From the NCBI GenBank assembly GCA_036229005.1, contig JAZAMN010000018.1:2377-66376 (forward strand): a stretch of DNA of 64,000 bases, read 5' to 3'. The number at the start of each line of letters is the position of its first letter. The first letter of the stretch is position 1. The notes beneath the pieces are model-generated. The model was not told where the DNA came from. It did not search any database and worked only from the letters and a program-made list of their open reading frames with translations. A program made the translations under genes and the position numbers. Source of the stretch: Myxococcota bacterium (GTDB lineage Bacteria; Myxococcota_A; UBA796; CAJQPC01). Below are positions 1 through 9,427 of this stretch, piece after piece.

Positions 1-267
1 TCCGCTGACCGTCGCGTCGGTCAGGGTCAGCGCTCCGTTGTCCACGACGAAGCCGCCCAGAATCACCTCCGGGCTGCTCTGCACATGCAGCTCCTTCCCG
101 CTCACGAACGCCGTCGGAAACTCGCCGCGCTCCACCCGGATGGTGTCTCCGTCCAGAGCAGCGTCCACCGCCTCCTGCAGGGAGTCGGAATCCTGGCCTC
201 CTTCCTGGGAGACCGTGAGCGTGGCCGCCATCACCGGGCTGGCGCCGAGCAGCATGAGAAGAGTCAT
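1..267 (-). CDS. secreted protein, N-terminal fragment (gene runs off window start); probable parallel beta-helix family
   Basis: Reverse-strand ATG at 267-265 opens MTLLMLLGASPVMAATLTVSQEGGQDSDSLQEAVDAALDGDTIRVERGEF... It has a signal-peptide-like start and an 'AVDAA..GDTI.V..G.F' motif typical of right-handed beta-helix proteins. Absent from the ORF track because it has no stop in the window. Confidence 0.5.
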   Translation of the reverse strand, partial: MTLLMLLGASPVMAATLTVSQEGGQDSDSLQEAVDAALDGDTIRVERGEFPTAFVSGKELHVQSSPEVILGGFVVDNGALTLTDATVSG

Positions 268-373
268 CGTAGAGCCTCACTTTCAGTCGTCGCACCAAGG
301 ATCGGAACGAGGCCCGTGGGGGATGACCCCCCGCCCGGTTATTCGGATCGCTGATCCAAAGGAGACCGCTCTC

Positions 374-1000
374 ATGCGCATGATCTTCATCGGCCCCCCC
401 GGCGCGGGCAAGGGCACCCAGGCCGCCCGCCTGGTCGAGCGCTACGACATCCCCCACATCTCCACTGGCGACATGTTCCGGGCCGCCATCAAGCAGGGCA
501 CCCCCATGGGCCTGGCCGCCAAGAAGGTCATGGACGCCGGCGGTCTGGTCGGCGATGACATCGTCGTCGGCATGGTGCGCGAGCGCCTGGCCCAGGACGA
601 CGCCGCCAAGGGCTTCCTGCTGGACGGCTTCCCCCGGACCACCCCCCAGGCCGAGGCCCTGCAGGCTCTGCTCGCCGACACCGGCCTGGAGCTGGACGCC
701 GTCGCCCTGCTGGAGGTCCCCGATGACCTCATCGTCGAGCGCATCATCCACCGCCGCAGCGACCCCCAGACCGGCGCCATCTACCACCTCAAGTTCAACC
801 CGCCCCCCGCGGAGATCCAGGACCGCCTGGTCCACCGCAAGGACGACACCGAAGAGGCCTGCCGCAACCGCCTGGACGCCTACCACGCCCAGACCGCGCC
901 CCTGGTCCCCTTCTACGAGGACCTGGGCAAGCTCGTCCGCGTGGACGGCGTCGGCACCCCCGACGAGATCACCGCCCGCCTCACCGCCGCCCTGAGCTGA
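374..1000 (+). CDS. adk: adenylate kinase
   Basis: Internal ATG of ORF 38..1000. MRMIFIGPPGAGKGTQ P-loop, GDMFR and LLDGFPRT motifs, about 208 aa. The upstream part of the ORF is low-complexity read-through. Confidence 0.95.
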   Translation: MRMIFIGPPGAGKGTQAARLVERYDIPHISTGDMFRAAIKQGTPMGLAAKKVMDAGGLVGDDIVVGMVRERLAQDDAAKGFLLDGFPRTTPQAEALQALLADTGLELDAVALLEVPDDLIVERIIHRRSDPQTGAIYHLKFNPPPAEIQDRLVHRKDDTEEACRNRLDAYHAQTAPLVPFYEDLGKLVRVDGVGTPDEITARLTAALS

Positions 1001-1029
1001 GGGCGCCCCGGGGGGTGTAGGCTCTCCCC

Positions 1030-1986
1030 ATGCGCCTGCTCCCCACCCCCATCGACTCCACCGAGCTCGCCCAGAGCCTCGGCGGCGTCCACCACGGTCC
1101 CGCCCAGCAGCTCCTCGCCGTCGCCCCGGTGACAGAGGATGCTGCCGGGCGGCTGTGTTTTGCGGTGAAGCCCCCCGACCAGACAGCGGGCTGCATCCTC
1201 TCCTCTTCTCCCGTCCCGGGGACCTGCATCGTCGTCCCGGACCCCAAGGCCGCCTTCGCCGCCGCCCTGCGCCTGCTCTTCGCCGCCGAGCTCAGCGAGC
1301 TGGGAGAGGAGCGGCCCTCGGTACACCCCAGCGCCGTCTGCACCTCCCCAATCCCCGATGGCGTGCACATCGGACCCGGCACAGTCGTCGAAAGCGAGGT
1401 CACCCTGGCGCCCGGCTGCATCCTCCACGCCGGCGTCGTCGTCCGCCGCGGCTGCAGCATCGGGCCCAACACAGTCCTCCACCCCCGCGTCGTGGTCTAC
1501 CCCCACGTACAGATCGGCGCAGACTGTGTCATCCACGCCGGCGCAGTGCTGGGCGGCCCTGGCTTTGGCCTCCACCCCGGCCCCGGGGGCCTGCAGCCGC
1601 TCCCCCACGTCGGCCGCCTGGTCCTGGAGGACGGCGTGCGCGTCGGCCCCAACTGCACCGTCGACCGCGCCTTCATCGACACCACCCTGCTCGCCCGCGG
1701 CGTCATGCTGGACGCCCAGGTCCACGTCGGACACAACACAGTCGTGGGCGCCGGGTCTGTGATCGCCGCCCAGAGCGGCCTCTCCGGGTCTGTGCGACTG
1801 GAGCCCGGCGTCATCCTGGGGGGGCAAGTGGGGGTCGTGGACCACGTCACGATCGGCCCCAACGCCCAGGTCGGTGCTGGCAGCGGCGTCATGAGAGACG
1901 TGCCCGCCGGCGAGGTCATGCTGGGCAGCCCCGCAGACCGCCGCATCAAGACGCTGCGGCGCTGGGCGCGGTGGCGACGGGAGTAG
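1030..1986 (+). CDS. lpxD: UDP-3-O-acylglucosamine N-acyltransferase (left-handed beta-helix hexapeptide transferase)
   Basis: ORF 1030..1986. VHPSAV...IG.G.V.. hexapeptide repeats, GGPGFG segment, LpxD-like length and C-terminal helix. Confidence 0.8.
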   Translation: MRLLPTPIDSTELAQSLGGVHHGPAQQLLAVAPVTEDAAGRLCFAVKPPDQTAGCILSSSPVPGTCIVVPDPKAAFAAALRLLFAAELSELGEERPSVHPSAVCTSPIPDGVHIGPGTVVESEVTLAPGCILHAGVVVRRGCSIGPNTVLHPRVVVYPHVQIGADCVIHAGAVLGGPGFGLHPGPGGLQPLPHVGRLVLEDGVRVGPNCTVDRAFIDTTLLARGVMLDAQVHVGHNTVVGAGSVIAAQSGLSGSVRLEPGVILGGQVGVVDHVTIGPNAQVGAGSGVMRDVPAGEVMLGSPADRRIKTLRRWARWRRE

Positions 1987-2002
1987 CGGAGCGGGGCCGA
2001 CC

Positions 2003-3385
2003 TCAGAGCCCCAGCACAGCCCGCACCTGCGCCCACCAATCCTCCAGGTTCGAGTGCTTGACGCGTCGGCAGACCCCCACCGACTCCTCATAGCCCCCGG
2101 CATGAAGAGCCCGGCGCACAGACTCCTCGCTGCTCACCAACTCCCAGAGCGCTGCCTCGGCCTCGGCGGACTCCACCTCAAGAAACAAGAACGTCGCCCG
2201 GCCATAGTCTGCCTCCTCCCAGACCCACACCCGGCGACCCACGCCATCCCGAATCGCCAGCACCGCTGCCTGCCCCCGGAAGACCCGGACCTGCTGGGTC
2301 CGGTCCCGCACCCTCCAGAGCCGAGTCAGCTCCTCTGAATGTTCCCAGCCCAACTCAGCACAGTACGCGCCCAGGCGTGCCTCCCCCCGCGGCAGTCCGA
2401 GGTCCTCACCGATCCGATCCAGTGACTCCAAGCCACCGACCTTGTGTTTGTGAAGCGCGGCCCTCCGGCGCTCCAGCAACACGAAGCGCTCCAGCATGGC
2501 CCGAGGAACTGACACAGATCCCAGCCGACACCGTCCCTTCGAGGACCGCTGCCCCTTGATCACCACCTCCAGCCCAGGATCCTCGGCCTGCAACGCCCCC
2601 TTGAAGTCCTCGAAGGCTGCTCGCGCCTCACCGCAAGGCACCTCGTGCCTGTGGCCCTCGAGCACCACCACCACCAGGTCGTCGCGCCACTCCACCTGCG
2701 TCAGCGGGAAGGTCCACACCTCGGGCTCCCAGACGACGGGTGGCCGCACAGGCTCAGGGGCAACCGCAGCCCGCTGCGACTCCTTCAGAACCTCCGCCTC
2801 CAGAGGAGCAAAGAGCTGGGTCACTCGACACAGATCTTCCAGCGCCCTCACGGCAGCGTCACGGGCCTGCACCTCGCTCCGGCCCCTCCCAGCCGCCGCG
2901 CTGCCCGGGTCGGATACCGAGCGCAGCCGCCCACCCCCAGGCACCACCACCAGATTCTCCCCCACCACCAACACATCGCTGGCGGCCAGATCCAGATCGG
3001 AGAGCCGGTACCCGCTCAGGTTCACGATCTCCTTGAAGCAACCGGAGCGGTGGAGGGTCCCTCGCTCGGCCGCGCCCCAGCGTCCGTCCACGAACCACTG
3101 ACCCATCTGCGACAGGCTCCACTGACCCAGCTCGGTGGCCCACTCCGCCTCCTCCGGCAGGCCCACAAACCAGCTCGGACGCTCCGCGAGAGACCGCACC
3201 AACACCCCAAAGCCGAACCCGCTCGGCCCCTCGTCAAGCAGCACGACATCGCCAACCTGAGGCCGCTGCGCGCTCCGCCCCGGGCCCTGACACTGGGCCA
3301 CCACGCTCTCTCGCCGGATCCAGCTCCGGGCGCTGAGCCCTCCCTCCGCTGATACATTTTCCACCCTCGCCAGCACGTACGCCAT
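2003..3385 (-). CDS. hypothetical cytoplasmic protein
   Basis: ORF 2003..3445 trimmed to ATG at 3385 (MAYVLARV...), preceded by GGGAGGA Shine-Dalgarno. No signal peptide and no motif I recognise. Coding-like composition in this frame. Confidence 0.55.
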   Translation of the reverse strand: MAYVLARVENVSAEGGLSARSWIRRESVVAQCQGPGRSAQRPQVGDVVLLDEGPSGFGFGVLVRSLAERPSWFVGLPEEAEWATELGQWSLSQMGQWFVDGRWGAAERGTLHRSGCFKEIVNLSGYRLSDLDLAASDVLVVGENLVVVPGGGRLRSVSDPGSAAAGRGRSEVQARDAAVRALEDLCRVTQLFAPLEAEVLKESQRAAVAPEPVRPPVVWEPEVWTFPLTQVEWRDDLVVVVLEGHRHEVPCGEARAAFEDFKGALQAEDPGLEVVIKGQRSSKGRCRLGSVSVPRAMLERFVLLERRRAALHKHKVGGLESLDRIGEDLGLPRGEARLGAYCAELGWEHSEELTRLWRVRDRTQQVRVFRGQAAVLAIRDGVGRRVWVWEEADYGRATFLFLEVESAEAEAALWELVSSEESVRRALHAGGYEESVGVCRRVKHSNLEDWWAQVRAVLGL

Positions 3386-3525
3386 CACATCCTCCCTGGG
3401 GTGCGAGCAGACGCAGGCCCCCGTCCGGCATTCAGCATCCCACATTTCAGAGCCCTACAGGGCGCAACAACCCGGCCCCTCGCGGCGTCTGGTAGAACAG
3501 CCGCACCCCAGCCCCGGATGGCCCC

Positions 3526-6345
3526 ATGCTCCTGCTCCTCTCGCTGCTCGCCCTCCCCGCCCAAGCCCAGTCCGCACAGTCACAGTCCGCCCAGGCCCGC
3601 GCTGCGGTGTCCTCGCCGGCGGAGGATCCCTGGCAGGTGACCCTGGAGGACGTCGTTCCAGCGGTGGTGTCGATCAAGGTCGTAGGGACCCGATCCTTTG
3701 ATACAGAATCCGCCGGCTCCAGCGTGGGCACGGGCTTCGTGGTGGACGCCGAGCGCGGCATCATCCTGACCAACCGACACATGGTCCACGCGGGCCCCGT
3801 CGTCGCAGAGGCCGTGTTCCTCAACAACGAGGAGGTGCCCCTGCGCGCGTTGTATCGGGACCCGGTGCACGACTTCGGCTTCTACCAGTTCGACCCCGAG
3901 GCCCTGCGCTTCATGGACCTGCACGAGCTGCCCCTGAACCCCGAGGGCGCCAAGGTCGGCACCGACATCCGCGTGGTGGGCAACGACTCCGGCGAGAAGG
4001 TCGTCATCCTGGACGGGACCCTGGCGCGCCTGGACCGCAGCGCGCCCGTGTACGGGGGCAACACCTTCAACGACTTCAATACGTTTTACTTCCAGGCGGG
4101 CTCCAGCACCTCGGGGGGCAGCTCGGGCTCGCCGGTGGTGAACCAGCAGGGGCAGGCCATCGCGCTGAACGCGGGGGGCAAGCGCTCGGCGGCCTCGTCC
4201 TTCTACCTGCCCCTGGACCGGGTGGTGCGGGCCCTGGAGCTGATACAGGAAGGGGAAGATGTGACACGGGGCACCCTGCAATCCGTGCTCACCTACACCC
4301 CCTACGATGAGCTGCGCCGCCTGGGACTGGGTGACGCAGACGAGGCCACCCTGAGGCAGGCCTTCCCCAAAGGCGAGGGCGCGCTGGTGGTCAGCGAGAC
4401 GCTGCCCCTGGGACCGGCCTGGGACAAGCTCAAGCCGGGCGACATCCTGCTGGAGGTCAACGGCCAGCCCAACAACGCCTTCATCCCCCTGGAGGCCGCC
4501 CTGGACGACGCCGTGGGCGCCGAGGTCCAGCTCACCATCAGCCGCGGCGGCGTGCGACAGACCCTGAGCCTGCAGGTGCAGGACCTGCACAGCATCACCC
4601 CCGACCGCTTCCTGAGCTTCGGCGGCGGCATCCTGCACCCCCTGAGCTACCAGCAGGCGCGCAACCACGCCCTGCCCGTCCAGGGTCTGTATGTGGCCAC
4701 CCCCGGCTACTCCCTGGGCCGCGCAGGCGTCCCGGACAGCGCGGTGCTCACCGCCGTGGACGGGACCCCCGTGAACACCCTCTCCGAGCTGGAGGCCCTG
4801 CTGGCCGGCTACGCGGACGGAGCGCGCATCCCCGTGCGCTACTTCGCGATCGACGACCCCCGCAGCGAGCGCGTGGCGGTGATGCGGGTGGACCGCACCT
4901 GGTCGCGCATGCAGGTCTGTGTGCGGGATGACGCGAGCGGCCTGTGGCCCTGCACAGACTCCCCTGAGCCCCCCGCCCCCACAGACCCCGAGGCCATGAC
5001 GGTGGACATGGCCGTGCCCGGTCCCAAGCCCGTCCGGGCCCTGGCGACCAGCATGGTTCAGGTCCGTGCGACCCTCCCGGTCCGGGCGGAGGGCGCGCCC
5101 GGCAGCTCCTACTGGGGCGCCGGCCTGGTGGTGGACGCCGAGCGCGGCTGGGTGATCTGTGACCGCGACACAGTCCCCATCCTGCTGGGCGACGTGGACC
5201 TGACCTTCGCCAGCACCCACCGCGTCCCGGCCGAGGTCGTGTTCGTCCACCCCGAGCAGAACCTGGTGGTCCTGCAGTACGACCCGGCCCTGCTGGGTGA
5301 CACAGTCGTGGAGTCCGCCGAGCTGCGGGACAGCCCCCTGGAGACCGGCGAGGGCATCTGGCAGGTGGGCATGACCGGCGCGGGCAAGATCGTGGGGCTG
5401 CCCACCACGGTGGGCCGCATCGACCCCGTGAGCCCCGACAGCCCAGGGGTGCCACAGTTCCGCGCCTCCAACGTCGAGGTCGCCGACGTGACCGACACAG
5501 TCCCCACCGTCGGGGGTGTTCTGTGCGACAAGCGCGGCCGCGTGTACGCCCTCTGGAGCAGCTTCCAGTCCGGGTCCGGGCGCAACGCGAGCACCTGGAT
5601 GGCCGGCACGCCCGTGTACGTCATCCAGCAGACCCTGGCCGCGCTGGAGCAGGGCCACGCCCCCCGTGGCCTGGGCGCACAGATCTCGCCCGTCTCGCTG
5701 AGCAGCGCCAAGGAGCGCGGCCTGCCCCCCGAGCTCGCCACAGAGCTGGCGGCCCTGGACCCCGAGCGCCGGCAGGCCCTGATGATCACCCGCGTGTCCG
5801 AGGGCACCCCCGCCTGGGAGCTGCTGCAGCCCGGTGATCTGGTGGTGTCGGCCGAGGGGATCCCGGTGACCCGGGTCGGGGACCTCACCACCGCGGCCCA
5901 AGCGGAGTCTGTGTCACTTCGTGTGGTGCGGGATGGCGCCGTCGAGGACATCGTCCTGCCGACCGTGGACTTTGGTCAGTACGCCGTGGACGACCTGCTC
6001 ATCTGGAACGGGCTGGTGCTGCACGAGCCCCACTGGGAGCTGATGGCCCAGAAGAACCTGTCCCCCGAGGGCGTCTACGTGGGTCTGTACTACTACGGCT
6101 CACCCGCGCAGCGCTACAACATCCGGGCCACCAACCGCATCCTGGCCATCGACGAGACCCCCACTCCGGATCTGGACGCCTTCCTGGCCGCCGTGAAGGA
6201 CCTGGAGGACGGCGAAGCGGTGAAGATCACCATGAAGGACCTGGAGGACCAGACCGTGGTCCGCACCATGAAGGTCGACAAGGTGTACTGGGGCACCGCG
6301 CGCTTTGTGTGGACCGAGGAGCAGGGCTGGGAGCGGGCCGAGTAG
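3526..6345 (+). CDS. secreted trypsin-like serine protease with PDZ domains (Nma111/HtrA-like)
   Basis: 939 aa. Signal peptide MLLLLSLLALPAQAQ; GTGFVVDAERGIILTNRHM and GSSGSPVV catalytic-type motifs; a duplicated protease-like half; PDZ-like segments (PGDILLEVNG, PGDLVVSAEG). Confidence 0.85.
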   Translation: MLLLLSLLALPAQAQSAQSQSAQARAAVSSPAEDPWQVTLEDVVPAVVSIKVVGTRSFDTESAGSSVGTGFVVDAERGIILTNRHMVHAGPVVAEAVFLNNEEVPLRALYRDPVHDFGFYQFDPEALRFMDLHELPLNPEGAKVGTDIRVVGNDSGEKVVILDGTLARLDRSAPVYGGNTFNDFNTFYFQAGSSTSGGSSGSPVVNQQGQAIALNAGGKRSAASSFYLPLDRVVRALELIQEGEDVTRGTLQSVLTYTPYDELRRLGLGDADEATLRQAFPKGEGALVVSETLPLGPAWDKLKPGDILLEVNGQPNNAFIPLEAALDDAVGAEVQLTISRGGVRQTLSLQVQDLHSITPDRFLSFGGGILHPLSYQQARNHALPVQGLYVATPGYSLGRAGVPDSAVLTAVDGTPVNTLSELEALLAGYADGARIPVRYFAIDDPRSERVAVMRVDRTWSRMQVCVRDDASGLWPCTDSPEPPAPTDPEAMTVDMAVPGPKPVRALATSMVQVRATLPVRAEGAPGSSYWGAGLVVDAERGWVICDRDTVPILLGDVDLTFASTHRVPAEVVFVHPEQNLVVLQYDPALLGDTVVESAELRDSPLETGEGIWQVGMTGAGKIVGLPTTVGRIDPVSPDSPGVPQFRASNVEVADVTDTVPTVGGVLCDKRGRVYALWSSFQSGSGRNASTWMAGTPVYVIQQTLAALEQGHAPRGLGAQISPVSLSSAKERGLPPELATELAALDPERRQALMITRVSEGTPAWELLQPGDLVVSAEGIPVTRVGDLTTAAQAESVSLRVVRDGAVEDIVLPTVDFGQYAVDDLLIWNGLVLHEPHWELMAQKNLSPEGVYVGLYYYGSPAQRYNIRATNRILAIDETPTPDLDAFLAAVKDLEDGEAVKITMKDLEDQTVVRTMKVDKVYWGTARFVWTEEQGWERAE

Positions 6346-6350
6346 CAGGC

Positions 6351-7193
6351 TCAGGACCCATCCAGCGGCGTGGGGCCCTTGCTCCAGGCAGGCAGCCGCC
6401 TGGGCCGCAGCCCGGGGCCCCGAAGGGCCCCCAGCGCGCCCACCAGCAGGCACACACAGAACACGGTCAGGGACTGTACGAGCTGGTACCAGGTGCGGTC
6501 CTTCCGCCAGTCCACACCTTGGCTCGTGGCGCCGTGCTGGCTGGGGACCTCGATCTCGAAGCGCTCGGACCAGGCTGTGGGCTCCCCGGCGGCGTCCAGC
6601 GCCTGCACCCGCACGCTCAAGCGCTCCCCTGGCACGAGCTCGGTGTTCTTGAAGCCGCAGCCCATGTCCCCCATCCAGAAGCGGCCAGAGGTGTGGGTGA
6701 AGGTCTCCACGCCGCGCTGGCTGCGCAGCTCGACTCTGTACCAGGCGGCGTGGGGGTCTCTGTTCACGTGCCCGGAGACGAAGAGCTGGTCGGGCCCACC
6801 GTTCCAGTGCTCGGCGACCAGCCCCTGGATCTCCACTCGGCGTGCGCGGGGCTCCCCCGGTCCAACCACAAAGTGGGTGACCTCGGCGTCCTGCCACAGA
6901 ACACGGTAGGCCGCGCCCTGGGTCAGGGTGTCCTCGACGGTGAGCTGGATGAACAGGGAGTTGCCCTGCTTCCAGACTGTGGGAGAGGTGGGGACGAGGA
7001 CCCCCGTGGGGCTCTCAAGCCTCAGCTCCCCCGGATCGATCTGCTCCGGGTCCGCCTGGTCCCACCGCAGGAGGATGGCCGGGGTCTGTGTGTGGACGAC
7101 CTTGCCGGCCTGGGGCACCCAGCCCAACAGCGTGGGGCTCTCGGGGGGCCAGCAGGAGGCCTGGACGGTGTTGGAGAGGAGGAGCAGGAGCAT
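6351..7193 (-). CDS. lipoprotein-like surface protein with C-terminal TM anchor
   Basis: ORF 6351..7706 trimmed to ATG 7193 (MLLLLLSNTVQASC...). Beta-sandwich-like body and C-terminal hydrophobic helix LTVFCVCLLVGALGAL. The upstream ORF part overlaps the next gene and looks non-coding. Confidence 0.6.
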   Translation of the reverse strand: MLLLLLSNTVQASCWPPESPTLLGWVPQAGKVVHTQTPAILLRWDQADPEQIDPGELRLESPTGVLVPTSPTVWKQGNSLFIQLTVEDTLTQGAAYRVLWQDAEVTHFVVGPGEPRARRVEIQGLVAEHWNGGPDQLFVSGHVNRDPHAAWYRVELRSQRGVETFTHTSGRFWMGDMGCGFKNTELVPGERLSVRVQALDAAGEPTAWSERFEIEVPSQHGATSQGVDWRKDRTWYQLVQSLTVFCVCLLVGALGALRGPGLRPRRLPAWSKGPTPLDGS

Positions 7194-7233
7194 GGCCGAC
7201 TTGGACACCGCAGGCGCCGGCCGGTTCCCACCC

Positions 7234-7803
7234 TCAGAGGATGGACTCCAGCACCTGCTGGAGGGTCTGGGCGCTGGGCCGGCCGGGACGTCCCTGGGAA
7301 GGGGCGACTGCGAGCCGGAGGTCACCATCCACCACAGACACAGCCGGCGCCCGACCCCGCTCCAACTGTACTTTGATGGCCCTGCTGAGGGCCTGATCAC
7401 CGAACTCCTGGCGGATGGCGGCCAGGGCCTGCTCCACCGACTCGACCACCTTGAGCACGGACAGGCGCTCGGCGGGGCCCTGCCACTGCGACCAGTCGAG
7501 CTCCAGCGTGAAGGTCTCCAGGGCGGCCACCCGGCGCTTGAGGGCCAAGGCGGTGGGCGGGGACTCTCCTCGGAGCTCATCGGCGCCGGAGAGGAGCAGA
7601 TCGCGCAGGCTGCTCGTGTCCTGGAGATCGTAGGCGGTGATCTGTGCGCGGTCCACCAGGTGCCAGCTCTGGCCCTCCAACAGCAGGCGCTGCGCGTCCA
7701 GGCCACGGAGGCGCCCGCGGAGGGTCTGTCCTCCCCGCAGGTGCACCGAGACCTGGCCCTGGGCGCCCAGGAGGGACTCGAGCAGGGCCTGGGTGGGGAT
7801 CAC
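7234..7803 (-). CDS. hypothetical protein
   Basis: ORF 7234..7803 (189 aa). GTG start overlaps the stop of the upstream gene (GTGA). No recognised domain. Confidence 0.55.
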   Translation of the reverse strand: MIPTQALLESLLGAQGQVSVHLRGGQTLRGRLRGLDAQRLLLEGQSWHLVDRAQITAYDLQDTSSLRDLLLSGADELRGESPPTALALKRRVAALETFTLELDWSQWQGPAERLSVLKVVESVEQALAAIRQEFGDQALSRAIKVQLERGRAPAVSVVDGDLRLAVAPSQGRPGRPSAQTLQQVLESIL

Positions 7804-8207
7804 AGAGCGTCTTCCAGCATGGTGGTGGCGCCCTCGACCCGCTCCTTGATGTTGTCCATGTTCGTGGTGGGCTTGTGGTCGATGGTGAACACGCCATCCG
7901 CGAAGGTGAAGCCGCGGTAGTTGCTCTTGCCGGAGTGGTTGCAGACCACCACCTTCTTGAGGCCCTCGTGCAGGGCCTCGCGGCCCATGTCGTCGATGGC
8001 GATGGCTTCGAGCACGCCGATCAGGGTCTCGAAGTAGACCTTGGTGAAGCCGTCCTCGTACAGATGGGCCTGGCCGTCGGTGGCGAGGCTGCCCCAGTCC
8101 ACCTCGACCTCCAAGGGCTTGCCATAGGCGGCGTCGATGCGCGCCTTGAGGGCCGGGTAGGTGTTGTCCTGGTACTGCTTGGCGGCGCGGCGTTCACGAA
8201 GGCCCAT
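7800..8207 (-). CDS. hypothetical protein
   Basis: ORF 7800..8285 trimmed to ATG 8207 (MGLRERRAAKQYQ...), preceded by AGGAGAG SD. 135 aa. Confidence 0.6.
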   Translation of the reverse strand: MGLRERRAAKQYQDNTYPALKARIDAAYGKPLEVEVDWGSLATDGQAHLYEDGFTKVYFETLIGVLEAIAIDDMGREALHEGLKKVVVCNHSGKSNYRGFTFADGVFTIDHKPTTNMDNIKERVEGATTMLEDAL

Positions 8208-8327
8208 GGGCTCTCTCCTGGCGGTTGGGAGGGTGCAGGTCCCCGCGGAGTGCGGTGCGGGGTTGCCTGCCCAGCCGGAACGCACAGAGGACGCCGGGGC
8301 TTACGGGCCCACAGTGCGTAGGTCTCC

Positions 8328-8726
8328 CTACAGCTCCTCAAGCATCTCGCGCAGGGCGGAGGCGGACATGGCGCCCACCTGCACGCGCTGCACCTGGCCC
8401 TGCCGGATGGCGACCACGGTGGGCGTGCCCATCAGCCCGAAGGCCTGGGCGGCCTCCATGTTCCGGGTGACGTCGACGCTGTGGACGCGGGTGTCGCCGG
8501 CGCCGAGCTCGCGGACCACGGGGTGCATGGCGCGGCAGGGGGCGCAGGTGGGCGAGTGGAAGAAGAGCAGGGCGTCGCCCTTGACGGCGTCTCCCAAGGG
8601 GCCCGGGATGTCGGGGACGGGCTCCCCCTGCAGAGCGGTGGCGCGGCGACGCATCCAGATCTGCAGGCCGATGAAGCCGCCGACAGCGAGCATGCAGAAG
8701 GCAAAGACGATGTTGTTCCAGTCCAT
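8328..8726 (-). CDS. membrane-anchored thioredoxin-family protein
   Basis: N-terminal TM helix (IVFAFCMLAVGGFIGLQIW) followed by a thioredoxin fold with CAPC active-site motif (FFHSPTCAPCRAM). Confidence 0.85.
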   Translation of the reverse strand: MDWNNIVFAFCMLAVGGFIGLQIWMRRRATALQGEPVPDIPGPLGDAVKGDALLFFHSPTCAPCRAMHPVVRELGAGDTRVHSVDVTRNMEAAQAFGLMGTPTVVAIRQGQVQRVQVGAMSASALREMLEEL

Positions 8727-8863
8727 GGGGACCTCAAGTCAAGTCAAGCAAGGCAAGGATGCATGCGCACCGGCGGGGTCGCGGAAAGGAGGGTGTGCTG
8801 ATCTGCCGCAGTTCCTCGCTGGCACAGGGGGTGTAGAGATCTGGCACTCGACTGGAGTTTGTT

Positions 8864-9415
8864 GTGTTGAAGACCAAGACTGCGATGTGGGCCCTGGGCC
8901 TCTCCCTCCTCCTCCCAGGCGCCGCCCTGGCCAAGCGAGGGGCCGAGGAGCCGCCGCCGATGAACCCGGATGACCACGAGCACCTGCAGGTGACGCAGGA
9001 CGTGAAGGTGGTGTTCCACGCGACCGAGGACGTCTGGAAGAAGGGCACGCCGCAGAGTCTGTGGTACATCCACAAGCTGGTGACCAAGGGATACCCCAAC
9101 ATGGGCGTGCCGGCGGAGGAGCTGGACTTCAAGCTGGTGGTGCACGACACGCCGGTCTACTGGTTCTTCACCGACGAGGCCTGGCCCAAGGCCAAGGGGC
9201 TCAACGGCGCCGCCCCGCTGGACCACAACCCCCACAAGGAGCTCATCCAGGAGCTGCTGGACGCCGGGGTGGACATCGAGGTCTGTGCGGTGACCCTCAA
9301 GTCCAAGGGCTACACCCAGGACATGCTGCTCCCGGGCATCAAGGTGACGCCGGCTGGTGTGCCGCGGGTGGTGGATCTGCAGCTCCAAGGGTATGCGTAT
9401 CTGAAGCTGCAGTAG
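8864..9415 (+). CDS. periplasmic DsrE/DsrF-like family protein
   Basis: Signal peptide (MWALGLSLLLPGAALA) and DsrE-like pattern: KVVFHAT..., LVVHD.PVYWF, VDIEVCAVTLKSKGY, PAGVPRVVDLQLQGYAYLK. Start is GTG 8864 or ATG 8885. Confidence 0.65.
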   Translation: MLKTKTAMWALGLSLLLPGAALAKRGAEEPPPMNPDDHEHLQVTQDVKVVFHATEDVWKKGTPQSLWYIHKLVTKGYPNMGVPAEELDFKLVVHDTPVYWFFTDEAWPKAKGLNGAAPLDHNPHKELIQELLDAGVDIEVCAVTLKSKGYTQDMLLPGIKVTPAGVPRVVDLQLQGYAYLKLQ

Positions 9416-9427
9416 GTCTGTCGCGGG

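Noticed and set aside
38-373. Upstream 112 codons of the adk ORF
   Set aside because: There is no homology to adenylate kinase, and the P-loop follows the internal ATG 374 immediately. The region also overlaps the divergent gene at 1-267.
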